Assembly (NCBI GenBank): GCA_965208905.1
Contig: OZ242365.1
Location: 576,001-640,000, forward strand
From: Nitrosopumilaceae archaeon
GTDB taxonomy: Archaea; Thermoproteota; Nitrososphaeria; Nitrososphaerales; Nitrosopumilaceae
Reading direction: 5' to 3'
DNA: 64,000 nucleotides
Shown here: positions 1 through 10,037 of the stretch, one piece after another
Position numbering within the stretch: the first letter of the stretch is position 1
Layout of the letters: the number at the start of each line of letters is the position of its first letter
The notes under the pieces: generated by a model
Told to the model about the DNA's origin: nothing
Database searches by the model: none
The model's input: the letters and a program-made list of their open reading frames with translations, nothing else
Translations under genes and position numbers: made by a program

Positions 1-54
1 AGAACTACCCGGATGTGGGGCAAATTCATCGATTCAGGATATTGCGCCCAAAAT

Positions 55-80
55 CTATCGGATCCTATTGTCCGCCAGTA
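55..80 (+). repeat. left copy of a 26-bp direct repeat (att-like site with dyad symmetry)
   Basis: CTATCGGATCCTATTGTCCGCCAGTA matches 20557-20582 at 25/26 positions. Confidence 0.75.
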
Positions 81-225
81 TCCATAATAACGGCAAAACC
101 GCTATACATGTGGAAACTATTGCGCAGAAACTTATGCACGCCGCTATAGGTTCTAACCTTACGATTCAAGCTGCACTGCCGGACACAGGATGATCGCCCA
201 TATCCAACCAGCACTGTATAATACG

Positions 226-1122
226 TCACGATGGCAACACTTTCTCAAACTTGGCCAGTATGCTCTTCCAGTTTAGTATATTACTGGGACGTCCCATCTC
301 TTCCAATGCGGCTTCCACCACGGCTTCCCTTTCGGGTGATCCGAAGAACTGGTCGTCAAATAGTTGAATCGGGCCGTGGTTGACTTCGAACCAGTACACG
401 ACACCGGCCAACACATCTGCTATGAGCGACTGTCTCTTCATAAATCCACTGATCAACTCCTCACGCGTATACTGTTTTGTTCCTAGTGGAGGCGATGTTG
501 ATTTTGGGTTGTACTGCATCGATGATGGATTTTCCAGATTATCGGCAACCAGAACACTACCATCATCGATAATTCGGAACGACGAGTGTGCTATACCGTT
601 GCGCAGGAAATAATCTGCCGCATCCCTCACGTCAAACCCCTGTTTTGCTAGATGCTCGGCGCGCTCTACTGTCTGCGTCCTTTTGTAACGTTTGTCGTCC
701 GAACAGTCATAGACAAAGTCCACGACGACCTTGTAAGCAGATTCATGTAGTATGAGTGTGGTGAGTAGTAGTAGGTGACTATCTTGATGCATGTACAACA
801 ACCGATGCATACCATACTTCTCGGGATCGTCGGGACACACCTTCAGGCCGCCATCCTGCCCAACACATATTTCCCTGATCGTGTCACACACTTCGTGCCA
901 CTGCTTCATCTTGGGCACCGCCGCCATAAGGCCGGTCAATGGATCCATCACTCTGTATGACATCATATCCAGTTCAGACTTCGTAAAGTTACGGTTGTTC
1001 AGAACACTACCAGTCATGCAGTAAAAGCGGTTTATGCTATCCCACGATGTATTGTTGGCGGCGTGTACTTCCTTGAACTTTGCGTCAAACCACGGTCTCC
1101 ATTTCAGGTACGTCTTTGTCAT
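226..1122 (-). CDS. hypothetical protein, possible HEPN-like RNase
   Basis: 298-aa ORF with RNGIAH (RxxxxH) in a helical context. Confidence 0.55.
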   Translation of the reverse strand: MTKTYLKWRPWFDAKFKEVHAANNTSWDSINRFYCMTGSVLNNRNFTKSELDMMSYRVMDPLTGLMAAVPKMKQWHEVCDTIREICVGQDGGLKVCPDDPEKYGMHRLLYMHQDSHLLLLTTLILHESAYKVVVDFVYDCSDDKRYKRTQTVERAEHLAKQGFDVRDAADYFLRNGIAHSSFRIIDDGSVLVADNLENPSSMQYNPKSTSPPLGTKQYTREELISGFMKRQSLIADVLAGVVYWFEVNHGPIQLFDDQFFGSPEREAVVEAALEEMGRPSNILNWKSILAKFEKVLPS

Positions 1123-1393
1123 GTAGACACGAAGTTGCGGTCATGTTTATAGTGTTCGTAACAATGAGGTCGAGAGGACGTAATGTGGTGACACAGGGTG
1201 GCCGCCCGTAACCCGCACGACTAGCCATCGCGTGGTCAGGATCTAGCCATCCAGTAGCTCCTGCCGTTGTCTATGCACACCATCTATCATTCAATTCTGC
1301 TTTGGTATGGCATATGGGCCCGGTCCACCGCATCTCCAGTGGTGGATGCTACAGCCCAAAAACTAGACATATGCCGTCCTAGCCTCTCTAGAT

Positions 1394-2248
1394 GTGTCTG
1401 CGTCAAGGGGCTCAAACTGGAATTTACCATACGGGACTAGACGTCACATCTACGGAGTGGCGTTTTTGTGTATTATTGCCGTTAATGCCTGGTCATACAG
1501 CTCTACGCCGGAGGGGAGTGGCGCGTATTACGGGGATGGTCGGTTAATTTGGACATATGTCACTGCAGGCATACTGGCGTTTATGATTGTAGTTGGCGCT
1601 GTATTTGGCGCATATTACGGGATATGGATGGCTACGGAAAGAGGGCGGACCCGTATTAAGTTGATACTGATGTCCATCATAGCCACCAGCGCATTGGTGC
1701 ATGCCATTGTACAGGGGGTGGGTGGCTGGTGGCCGGAGGAATTTGAAGCCGCTTGGCAGCCCATTATAGCGGCTACGCTGACGTTTATGGTTGCAGCGGG
1801 GGCCGTGTTGGGAGCGCACTTTGAGGCGCCAAATATGTCCAAAAAAAGACGAGTTGGTACGGAGGTCGCGCTGATTGCGATTGTGATCGTCGGCGCCTGC
1901 GTCTTTGCCTCGGAGGCGAGTGGAGGGTTGTTTGATGTCGGTGATGCCCAACCTCTTATTTTTGTAGGTGCATCGTCGGCCATGTCTGCGGGTGGGGCCG
2001 GGTTGGGAGCGCACTATACAGCGCTAGTCAAAAAGATGTTCTGGATACCTGTAGTGCTGACGGCGCTCATATTTGTCGTTGTTTTGGTTCATATTTGGAC
2101 CAAAAGTTTGGATGTCACGGGATGGGATGAGTGTGGCAGATTCATCTGGATGGTGGCTACTGCAACCACACTGGCGATTCCGGTCGTAGCAGGAGCAATG
2201 CTAGCTGGACACTACAGTGTGCGCATGCAGGAGAGTCTCCAAGATTGA
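1394..2248 (+). CDS. multi-pass membrane protein with four internal repeats
   Basis: about 8 hydrophobic segments; recurring GAVFGAYY / GAVLGAHF / GAGLGAHY / GAMLAGHY. Confidence 0.7.
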   Translation: MSASRGSNWNLPYGTRRHIYGVAFLCIIAVNAWSYSSTPEGSGAYYGDGRLIWTYVTAGILAFMIVVGAVFGAYYGIWMATERGRTRIKLILMSIIATSALVHAIVQGVGGWWPEEFEAAWQPIIAATLTFMVAAGAVLGAHFEAPNMSKKRRVGTEVALIAIVIVGACVFASEASGGLFDVGDAQPLIFVGASSAMSAGGAGLGAHYTALVKKMFWIPVVLTALIFVVVLVHIWTKSLDVTGWDECGRFIWMVATATTLAIPVVAGAMLAGHYSVRMQESLQD

Positions 2249-2327
2249 CACGTCGCCAACAGCCATGGTCCTAGCGGACGAGCTCATACACTAGGTTGCC
2301 AGGCAGGTCATTTGCACAACACACAAT

Positions 2328-2770
2328 GTGGCGGTATTCAGGAATAGTTATGACACAAAGTTCGTATTGGGTACCCCACCTCTTGTAGATACCACATCGG
2401 ACAGTTCAGATGATGGTTCAGAGATGCCCACTATTGTGTATGGAGATGCCGCATACGGCTCAAGGGCCAATATTGCTGCATGTGAGCGTGCAGGGGTAGT
2501 TCTAGGTATACTACACAAGATAAACGTGACGCCGCGGAGCAAGGGGTTTGGCGCTGCATGGTGTACATCTGTAAGGGATCAACTGGGAGGCAGTACCAAG
2601 GCTACACGGCTAGACCTGTTAAGCCGAGAAGAGAGAGAATCAGGTGTACTGGAAGGCCAAGATTGGATACCGCAGGAGATGGGTTGTGGAGGGCGTATTT
2701 TCTATATTTAAACGCGTGTTTGGTGAACATATTCTCGCCCTCAAATGGGAGAATATCGTACATGATGATT
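2328..2770 (+). pseudogene. IS5-family transposase remnant (frameshifted)
   Basis: VYGDAAYGSRANI in one frame and YRRRWVVEGVFSIFKRVFGE in another. Confidence 0.75.
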
Positions 2771-3168
2771 ATAAAGTCACAAAGATACAGGACCCGTACC
2801 AGATGTTGCGCAGCATAATAAAAAAGGAGCCCATCATGACGGACACACTCACCTTTAGTTGGGCAGATTGGAAGGATGTTTCTGGTAATATGTCAGGATA
2901 AACCGCGGTAAAGGGTTACATGATAGCGCGATGCAGTTAATGAGGGTTATCGTTAATTTTGGGCGCGCTGGACCTGTGACGCGCGGGGAGCACCACAGAG
3001 GCACACGTAACACATCCGTGGAACCATGCAACTGCGCATAATAGAATAGATGTCTATGCTACCCAAATAGCGCCTTTTAAGTGATGGATATGTGCTACTG
3101 TATTGAGACATAGCGGTACCGCAACTGACAGGAATCTGGCCCAGACAGGCTTAATCGACGAGGTCACC

Positions 3169-4530
3169 ATGACCAGACCGTACGAGGAATATATAGCGCG
3201 CGTCGTTGACAGAGAAAACCTCCTTGTAGTATGCCCAGATGGCACAACACAGAAAGTTGTTGAGCGAGAAGCTGCTGCGCGGAAAGTTGTTGCGCAGGTA
3301 GTGTCAAGTCATATGAAGTCGCATAATAATCGGGAATTAGTGATAGCATCGGAGAAGAAGCTAGTCGAATATTATAGAGACTGGATATCTAGTAAAATTA
3401 CCACAGTAGTCGAGATAGGGACAGTCACCGGCGACATCCCTGTGAAGACGCGCGAGAAGAGGTTGAGCGATATAGACATAGTCTGTACCACCCCGGAGAT
3501 GCTCCTTCACGGCATAGAAAAGGGTGTGGCGTGTCCAAAACAGTTCGGGCTGGTGGTGTTCGTTGATGGTAGCATGGCAAGGGGCAATCACAAGCTTGTA
3601 GAGGCGGCGCGCGTTCTGGCCGGCAGTGATAACTGCAACTGTAATGGCGACAAGTGTCATGGTGTAAAGGAGACACGCATTCTGGCAATAACCAACTCTC
3701 TTCCCTCAATAGACAACAAAGATATGCTAGAAGCGCTCAGGATTACCTGCATTCTCGAGCCTCCATGGTATAAACCAGATGAGACTCTCTACCCGAAAGG
3801 CCTGAAAGTCGAACATGTGTTGGTATACCCATCCCCGGCGATGATCCAGATAAGAGACTGTATGATGAAGGCATTGGGGCGCGCCAAAGCGAATGGGGAT
3901 GACTCGGATATATGGTCTGTACTGCTCGTCTTGCATGTGCTAGAGGCGCACGGGATAGAGTCGTTCCTGAATTCGTATAGGAGGATATATAGCAAGATTA
4001 CTGACTATTTCCTGCCAGACGAACACCCACTAGTCAAGGCAGTCGGCTTAGCACAGGAGGCGTTGAAGTATGAGCTATGCCACCCCAAGGTGGACAAGCT
4101 GGCCAACATAATAAAGTCTGCACAGGGCAGGGTATTGGTAATTGCAGGCCAGGATGATTCGGCGCGAGCCATCAAAACACAGCTAGAGAAGATGGATATC
4201 CCTGCTGCGCTACTACCCGAAAGAGAGGCCGGCCAGACGTGCGCGGAACTAAAGGATGTGGCAAGTAAGTTTCGGTCAGGCAGGTACAAGGCGCTAATAG
4301 TGGCAAAAGCGACAGATGCGTACGAGGGGCTTCTGGTACACGGTGACGCACACACTGTGGTATGTTATGTAAACGACTACAATACTGTGCAGTCCGCACT
4401 GGGTTGTGGTGCGGCCAGAGTGGTTGTCTTGGGTACCAAGGGAAGCGACGAGGACCCCAGCGCACAACCTCTTGTACAACAGGACCAGAAGACGCGGCTG
4501 CTGATAGAAGACCTAAGGATGAGGCTGTAA
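3169..4530 (+). CDS. Hef/FANCM-like SF2 helicase homolog with degenerate catalytic motifs
   Basis: colinear with Hef (RPYE, NLLVVCP, VTGD, IVCTTPE, FGLVVF, HPKVDKL), but Walker A reads GTTQK, the DExH box reads VDGS and motif VI is absent; ATG at 3169 is the more likely start. Confidence 0.75.
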   Translation: MTRPYEEYIARVVDRENLLVVCPDGTTQKVVEREAAARKVVAQVVSSHMKSHNNRELVIASEKKLVEYYRDWISSKITTVVEIGTVTGDIPVKTREKRLSDIDIVCTTPEMLLHGIEKGVACPKQFGLVVFVDGSMARGNHKLVEAARVLAGSDNCNCNGDKCHGVKETRILAITNSLPSIDNKDMLEALRITCILEPPWYKPDETLYPKGLKVEHVLVYPSPAMIQIRDCMMKALGRAKANGDDSDIWSVLLVLHVLEAHGIESFLNSYRRIYSKITDYFLPDEHPLVKAVGLAQEALKYELCHPKVDKLANIIKSAQGRVLVIAGQDDSARAIKTQLEKMDIPAALLPEREAGQTCAELKDVASKFRSGRYKALIVAKATDAYEGLLVHGDAHTVVCYVNDYNTVQSALGCGAARVVVLGTKGSDEDPSAQPLVQQDQKTRLLIEDLRMRL

Positions 4531-4705
4531 GATGGCGCTCTATTGTACACTGCAACAGGAACCCTTTGGGCGCACATACAGCCAAGATGCGCCTTTTACG
4601 TCACCGATATGTGACTTTAGCATGTTGACCATATACATATGTGGGACGATTGGCCGCGCGGTAACGGAGCGCGCAGGTCTTGTACCACACACATCCCACT
4701 ATACA

Positions 4706-6832
4706 TCAAGAGTCATCCGCTTGGACATGTGGGGATCGCGCGACAGTGGCTCCCCTCTGTGTGGCAGTATAGTCAGCACACAGGTCGTTCCCATAAGAGG
4801 CATCGAGGCCTGGTGGCATATCTGTATGGTACATTTGCATGTATTCGACCCAAAGGTCCTTCAATATATCGTCCTTCCAGCCACTCGTCGGAGTGCCATT
4901 GCTGGCCAGATAGTGGTGCACAGCGTATTTGGCAGCATCCTTGTCGATATCAGGGTCTTGACGGCGCATCATACTGACGGCGCGCTTGGTGAAACTCTCA
5001 TCAACTTCCCTCTGCAGAACGCTGTGGTACTCTTTATTGATTCCAGAGATGCCCACCGGCATACTCTTAATGCCCATATCCCAGTGAGGCGAGCCATCAT
5101 CCCCATAATACGGCACGCCCCTACCATGGTGCATACATCCAGGTTGGTATCTGGTCCAGTCTGCAGCGTCATTATACATGAATTGCTTGTCTTCTGGATG
5201 GTCTCTATCTGGGGGCGGTATGCCTCCCCCACCCAAACGGACTATTGCATGCAGGACGCGCCCACACTTGTGGCAGAGATTTACGGTAGACGGGTCCAAG
5301 GCGATAACGGTAAATTTCGATCGTACTCGACTACTATCGTACTTTTCGTATATATTTAATCGGGCTACGATGTATCTGTAGGGTTCATCAGCGGGCTTGT
5401 CGGCGCGGTCCTGCCATTCCTTTTCGAGTATAGGAGCATTATATAGACGCGCCACATTCTCCCGCAAGTATGCTGCCATATTGTTTAGTTTGACATTCTT
5501 GATGGCGCCGTACTCTGCAGAACGTATATCTACGTTTGACAGGCTACCATAACGCTTGTCGCGCTTCCCCCCGCCGTGGCGCGGCGGACATGTCACCATC
5601 TGTATAGACATATCCGCGGACTGCTTCAGACCATCAACTTTACTCATCAATGACTGCTCTATTTTGTCTATGTCAGACCCAGATTCACTACTATACGACA
5701 GAATCTTCTTGGTGGAGAACTTGTTGTTGGAGGTATCCCCAAAGTAGGCGATCGCGTGTCCATAGTTGCTGCCCCCCTCCCCCTCTGGCTTGGGTATGCG
5801 CAGGCCAACATGTGTCAGCAGGTATGTTACCATAGCTGCCAGATCGTCAAACGAACTTGCTTGGGATATTATTGTGTATGTATCGCCCCCGGTCTTTTTG
5901 TTGATCTCTCTTATGGGGTGGGATTCCATCTTACCCAGCATGACACGCTTACCATTCTTGCGGAGGTACTTTTCACGGTCAATATATCCGGCTGCAATTA
6001 TATGGAAGTGTGGAGCAAAATGTATGCCCCCCTTAAACTCCCAGAGATGATAGATGACCAACCCGCCCCTGTAACCAAGCCACTTTATATTCTTGAACAC
6101 CTTTTTTCGGTACCGGTCCACCCCGTCCGGCGTCTTGAACTGTTCGTGATTGTCCTGATGTACCGACACGGCAACATGGTGATAGGTTAATTTCTGTGGC
6201 TCTGTATATAGTGATGAGTTTCGACGCATGGCGCTGACCATCAGGCGATTGGCGGCATTTACAGCATGCCGTTTCATGGAATTTTTGTAGCATACAGGAC
6301 AGGTCAGCCGATTGCATGAAAATCGTACGGTCTTGCTGTGGCGCTGACCGTCGTCGTGAAGACATCCCATGACTACATACTTGCCACACCGGTCATACTT
6401 TGTGCCGTGTGAGGGCAGTGTGTACCCGTACAGGCAGCAGTCGTCTGCCCAGCGGCGCGTGGCAAGTCCATGAAGATAATCTTTGGTCGTGAGTGTTATA
6501 TTATTCGATTTTTCGTCCGTACTCCTTGCGGTTTTATGACTGCCAGCAGCCGTTATGTCACCCATGCAGTCGCATATGGACGCGTTCATCGGGTTTGCAG
6601 TATAATCGTCGGTATGCTTTTTAAAGTCCCAGCAGAGCAGTCTGTGGACTTGTGAAGCTACACCATATGGGTTGAGGTTCAGGCTGGCGCCCACCTCGGC
6701 TACACTCCGCAGTATGTCTGCAATGGCCGTCCCGTCTAACAGGGCCCTCAAGACATATTTGTAGACCTGTTCTGGCAGGGCCAGTTTGCGGGCATGTTCA
6801 TAAAACATCCCCTCCTGGCGCTTGGATGTCAT
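4706..6832 (-). CDS. HUH-superfamily rolling-circle replication initiator (SNJ1 RepA-like)
   Basis: N-terminal Cys cluster (CNRLTCPVC), HVAVSV, HUH motif PHFHII, and candidate catalytic Tyr in YLLTH. Confidence 0.7.
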   Translation of the reverse strand: MTSKRQEGMFYEHARKLALPEQVYKYVLRALLDGTAIADILRSVAEVGASLNLNPYGVASQVHRLLCWDFKKHTDDYTANPMNASICDCMGDITAAGSHKTARSTDEKSNNITLTTKDYLHGLATRRWADDCCLYGYTLPSHGTKYDRCGKYVVMGCLHDDGQRHSKTVRFSCNRLTCPVCYKNSMKRHAVNAANRLMVSAMRRNSSLYTEPQKLTYHHVAVSVHQDNHEQFKTPDGVDRYRKKVFKNIKWLGYRGGLVIYHLWEFKGGIHFAPHFHIIAAGYIDREKYLRKNGKRVMLGKMESHPIREINKKTGGDTYTIISQASSFDDLAAMVTYLLTHVGLRIPKPEGEGGSNYGHAIAYFGDTSNNKFSTKKILSYSSESGSDIDKIEQSLMSKVDGLKQSADMSIQMVTCPPRHGGGKRDKRYGSLSNVDIRSAEYGAIKNVKLNNMAAYLRENVARLYNAPILEKEWQDRADKPADEPYRYIVARLNIYEKYDSSRVRSKFTVIALDPSTVNLCHKCGRVLHAIVRLGGGGIPPPDRDHPEDKQFMYNDAADWTRYQPGCMHHGRGVPYYGDDGSPHWDMGIKSMPVGISGINKEYHSVLQREVDESFTKRAVSMMRRQDPDIDKDAAKYAVHHYLASNGTPTSGWKDDILKDLWVEYMQMYHTDMPPGLDASYGNDLCADYTATQRGATVARSPHVQADDS

Positions 6833-7063
6833 CGGGAGGACTCCTCTGGTATTGCAGCTTCCCGGATATGGCGTATCCTCCCGCCGGCGGATCTGCTCCG
6901 GCGCCCGCCCATCTCTAACAGGCGCCCATTCTTAGGAGTGTGGAGCCTCAAATGTTGTGAACCGGTCATTTCCGTAGTAACTGACCGGTGACGTTTAAGG
7001 GGGTTAATGGCATCTGGGTATGGGGGCCTTATTGGCAAGCATTAGGCACACTCCGCCTACACA

Positions 7064-7460
7064 TGGCGGGGCCCTCTTAGAAGGAGAACGATCCGCGACA
7101 AAAAGTTTTTGGGCCAGCCCGGGAGGCTTAAACCATGACCAAGAATCGCTGGACCGTCGAGGACGATGTCAAGATCGTAATGGAGTCGCTCACCACGTCG
7201 GCCAGCACCGCCGACATATGCAAAAAATATGGCCTGTCACCAAACACCTTCTATCCTTGGTGCGAGAAATTTCTTGAGGGTGGTAAGGCCGCCCTATCTG
7301 GAAGCCCGAGCGTTCGCGCCGCCGGGGCCATCCAGAAGAACGCCACGCTGAAGACCTTGGTCGGTGAGATCACACTGACCAACGATGTTTTAAAAAAAAC
7401 GTTGGAGGGGAAGAAAAGATGATGGCCGTGCAGAGGCTGATCCAACAGGACATGGGCTAG
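7064..7460 (+). mobile_element. truncated IS3-family element (left IR, orfA 7135-7422, first codons of orfB)
   Basis: HTH orfA ending NDVLKKTLE, like orfA of the IS3 copy at 45360; TGGCGGGGCCCTCTTAGA resembles that copy's left IR. Confidence 0.7.
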
Positions 7461-7747
7461 TCGCGGCGATACACGTTTTTGTGATCCCCAATGTCCAATA
7501 ACCGAATTACCTTGGCACCACGATCTACCACAAACAGTAACCGGACAGACTTTGACAACCTTGTTCCGTATGCTCCGTTCAACGGCCCAACCTTGATGTC
7601 CCCCACACGCTCAGGATCTTTTGCATCTTGGAGTGATTTGAGGCGTTCACAGAGCGCCTTGCTTACGTTCTGATCATGTAGGTACCTCTTCCTATGCTTC
7701 TCATACTGCCTACTCTGGACAAGTTTCCACTTGGCCTCTGAGGTCAT
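7457..7747 (-). CDS. RelE/ParE-family toxin
   Basis: 96 aa, basic; GPLNGAYGTRLSKSVRLLF...LLDIGDHKNVY is the typical RelE C-terminus. Confidence 0.8.
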   Translation of the reverse strand: MTSEAKWKLVQSRQYEKHRKRYLHDQNVSKALCERLKSLQDAKDPERVGDIKVGPLNGAYGTRLSKSVRLLFVVDRGAKVIRLLDIGDHKNVYRRD

Positions 7748-7750
7748 GGG

Positions 7751-8782
7751 TTACCTGTCCTTTACTACATCTAACGACAATGGTGTAAACACATGATTCT
7801 CCGGATGAAGTATCATGTCCTCTATCCCCGGATCCAAGTCCGGCTCATTCACACTGACATCACCAAACTGCTCCATACACTTGTTTGTTTCATATTCCAA
7901 TTTGTCCAATACTGTATCATACATCTCCCTCCACTTCCCTAGGTGGCTATCATATTGTGGATCGTGGTGATGCACTCGTACTCCGTACGCAAAAGCATCC
8001 CATATGTCAGCACTTAGTACCGGAAGCCACTCTACTATGTTCTTGGAAGTATGATGAGAGTCCCGTCGCAAGAAGGCGTTCGCCATCTTTGCAAAGTCCA
8101 TGAACATCATCCTATGTTCCATGAACTCTGGGATGGTTGGATAGTCCAACACCGAGTCATCCAATCGTTCCAGCATATCGTTATCTGTATGCACGCCTTC
8201 ACGGCTAGTGAGTACATTCTTACAATACGCCTCAAACTGGGGCTTGAACTCTAGGTTGTATGTGGTGTACCACTTGAACGGAGCCATCTCATACGTATGC
8301 CTGACGGCATCATGTACTTTGGGATTCTCACTCGCTACTAGGCCTATCTCACGCCTGGCAGCATCCAGATCAGCACCACTCGCCACTGGCCGCATGGTCA
8401 GTTCCGATACAAGCTTGTATGTCTCCGACTTGTCAGTCTTGTGGACCTTGACCAAACCACTATCTATCATCTGGTCAAGGTTGGCATACACAACCTCAGA
8501 GTATGGTCCCTCTTTATACCAATAATATGCCAAGTTGTGCTTTATGTGGTTATTATCAGGTAAATTTTCTCTGGCCAAGAACAGGACTTTTAGTATGTGC
8601 TTCTTGGTGACGCCAGCTCTACCACTTCTGGATAGCCGTTGTATGGCAACGCGGATTGTCTCTTGGACGATTGGATTAGCCTCCCGTGCCCAAGCCAGCT
8701 CCATATCGGTCACATCCTCTGTCTTGTTTACATCTATCTTCACTTTATCGACCCCACCATACGAAAAACCCCCATATATCAT
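7751..8782 (-). CDS. putative antitoxin with Panacea/SocA (DUF4065)-like N-terminal domain
   Basis: ILKVLFLA...YYWYKEGPYSE motif; ends 3 bp before the relE start. Confidence 0.6.
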   Translation of the reverse strand: MIYGGFSYGGVDKVKIDVNKTEDVTDMELAWAREANPIVQETIRVAIQRLSRSGRAGVTKKHILKVLFLARENLPDNNHIKHNLAYYWYKEGPYSEVVYANLDQMIDSGLVKVHKTDKSETYKLVSELTMRPVASGADLDAARREIGLVASENPKVHDAVRHTYEMAPFKWYTTYNLEFKPQFEAYCKNVLTSREGVHTDNDMLERLDDSVLDYPTIPEFMEHRMMFMDFAKMANAFLRRDSHHTSKNIVEWLPVLSADIWDAFAYGVRVHHHDPQYDSHLGKWREMYDTVLDKLEYETNKCMEQFGDVSVNEPDLDPGIEDMILHPENHVFTPLSLDVVKDR

Positions 8783-8862
8783 ATGACTGGGGATATTTTA
8801 TTTTACCGCACCGGGCGTGTAGCACTAGTAAAAAGTTGGATAAAGCCAGCACGAATCTTGCA

Positions 8863-9132
8863 TCATGTATGGTGGCCCGAGTACGCGCCAACCTCTATGG
8901 TATGGATTGTGATATTGTCGCGGCTTAGCTCATATTTGCCGTTCTCTACAAGCCACCTTTTGGACTTGTATAATTCGGCCATTGTTATGGCACCTGCATC
9001 GTCTTTGGCATCAAGTATTACCGTATGTGATGTGATATTGGCCAGAATCTGTGATAGCGTGTAGCGCGGCGGCTGTGAGGTCTCCGTATCGGGACGAGGC
9101 ACTGCCATTGTCGACATGTCTTTGTATGGCAT
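8863..9132 (-). CDS. hypothetical protein
   Basis: 89-aa ORF in a co-directional run. Confidence 0.4.
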   Translation of the reverse strand: MPYKDMSTMAVPRPDTETSQPPRYTLSQILANITSHTVILDAKDDAGAITMAELYKSKRWLVENGKYELSRDNITIHTIEVGAYSGHHT

Positions 9133-9141
9133 TCATTGCAT

Positions 9142-9390
9142 TTAAGGAGGGGACTCATCCGCCTTGCTGTTTACCGCCCTGATCTCGGCCTCTACAATCA
9201 TCTGGTCAACCTGCGACTCCATCGCCGCTATGCGTTCGCGCATAACATCAACCAGTACCTCACGCGTAGTACTCGCTGGAAACTCTCCGGCCGCATTACC
9301 GCACGACTTTGTCTTGTGGAGCCCGTTGACATACCGCCCCACGTAAACATACTTGGCCCGCCCTATATGCTTGGTTGTTATACGGCCCAT
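9142..9390 (-). CDS. small hypothetical protein (basic N-terminus, coiled-coil C-terminus)
   Basis: MGRITTKHIGRAKYVY...ERIAAMESQVDQM; co-directional with its neighbour. Confidence 0.45.
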   Translation of the reverse strand: MGRITTKHIGRAKYVYVGRYVNGLHKTKSCGNAAGEFPASTTREVLVDVMRERIAAMESQVDQMIVEAEIRAVNSKADESPP

Positions 9391-9424
9391 TCTATACGGC
9401 ATATGTGCGGTGACGTTTAAGATA

Positions 9425-9770
9425 TTAAACTGCGCGGCCCGACGTTTGATGGCATCCTCGTTTCACGCCTTGATGGAGCCCAAGTTCCTGTTGAGTTTCA
9501 GCGGGGACTGCCTGAATCCGCCCTCAGTGTCGCGCTTGTGGGCGAAGGGGTGGTTGCTATACTCAAGGTTGTATCCGGTGAGCGTGAGGTTTCCCAGAGA
9601 TGACAGATACTCATCGTGTATGTGTTCATGATCCGGCCCGAGTGAAGTCTTCCACTCCCCGGTCAGCTTCTGTGGCATTATGTGCTCCAAGGTGTACGTC
9701 TTGTCAACATACTCCTTGCGGTCATTGTTCTCAATGCGGTACAGCCAATACTTGTCGTCGGGGAACCTGA
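9425..9770 (-). pseudogene. GmrSD-type DUF1524 HNH nuclease C-terminal fragment
   Basis: TLEHIMPQ...LGNLTLTGYN...SPLKLN, then a TGA where W is expected, followed by NEDAIKRRA; N-terminal domain missing. Confidence 0.8.
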
Positions 9771-10037
9771 AACTGTCACGCAACCACCCTCTGCGCGGCC
9801 AGACGCGCAGTACGGACGCGCGTCTCAAGTTCAAAGCATTCCTGAATTATAACGGAACATGTCGTTACAACCACGACGCGCCTCCGCGCATCTTAAACCC
9901 CGCGCGACTGGATGTCCCTACTGGACGCGCTACGTGTAGCGTGGTCGCACCCTCGCATAGTACGGACGCGCGCCACCGCATAGTCCCTGAAGCCTCCCCC
10001 ACGCGACTAGACTCCGTTGTGCGCCCTTGGTCACACA

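Noticed and set aside
4532-5359. 275-aa plus-strand ORF
   Set aside because: Antisense to the Rep gene, with no recognisable motifs.
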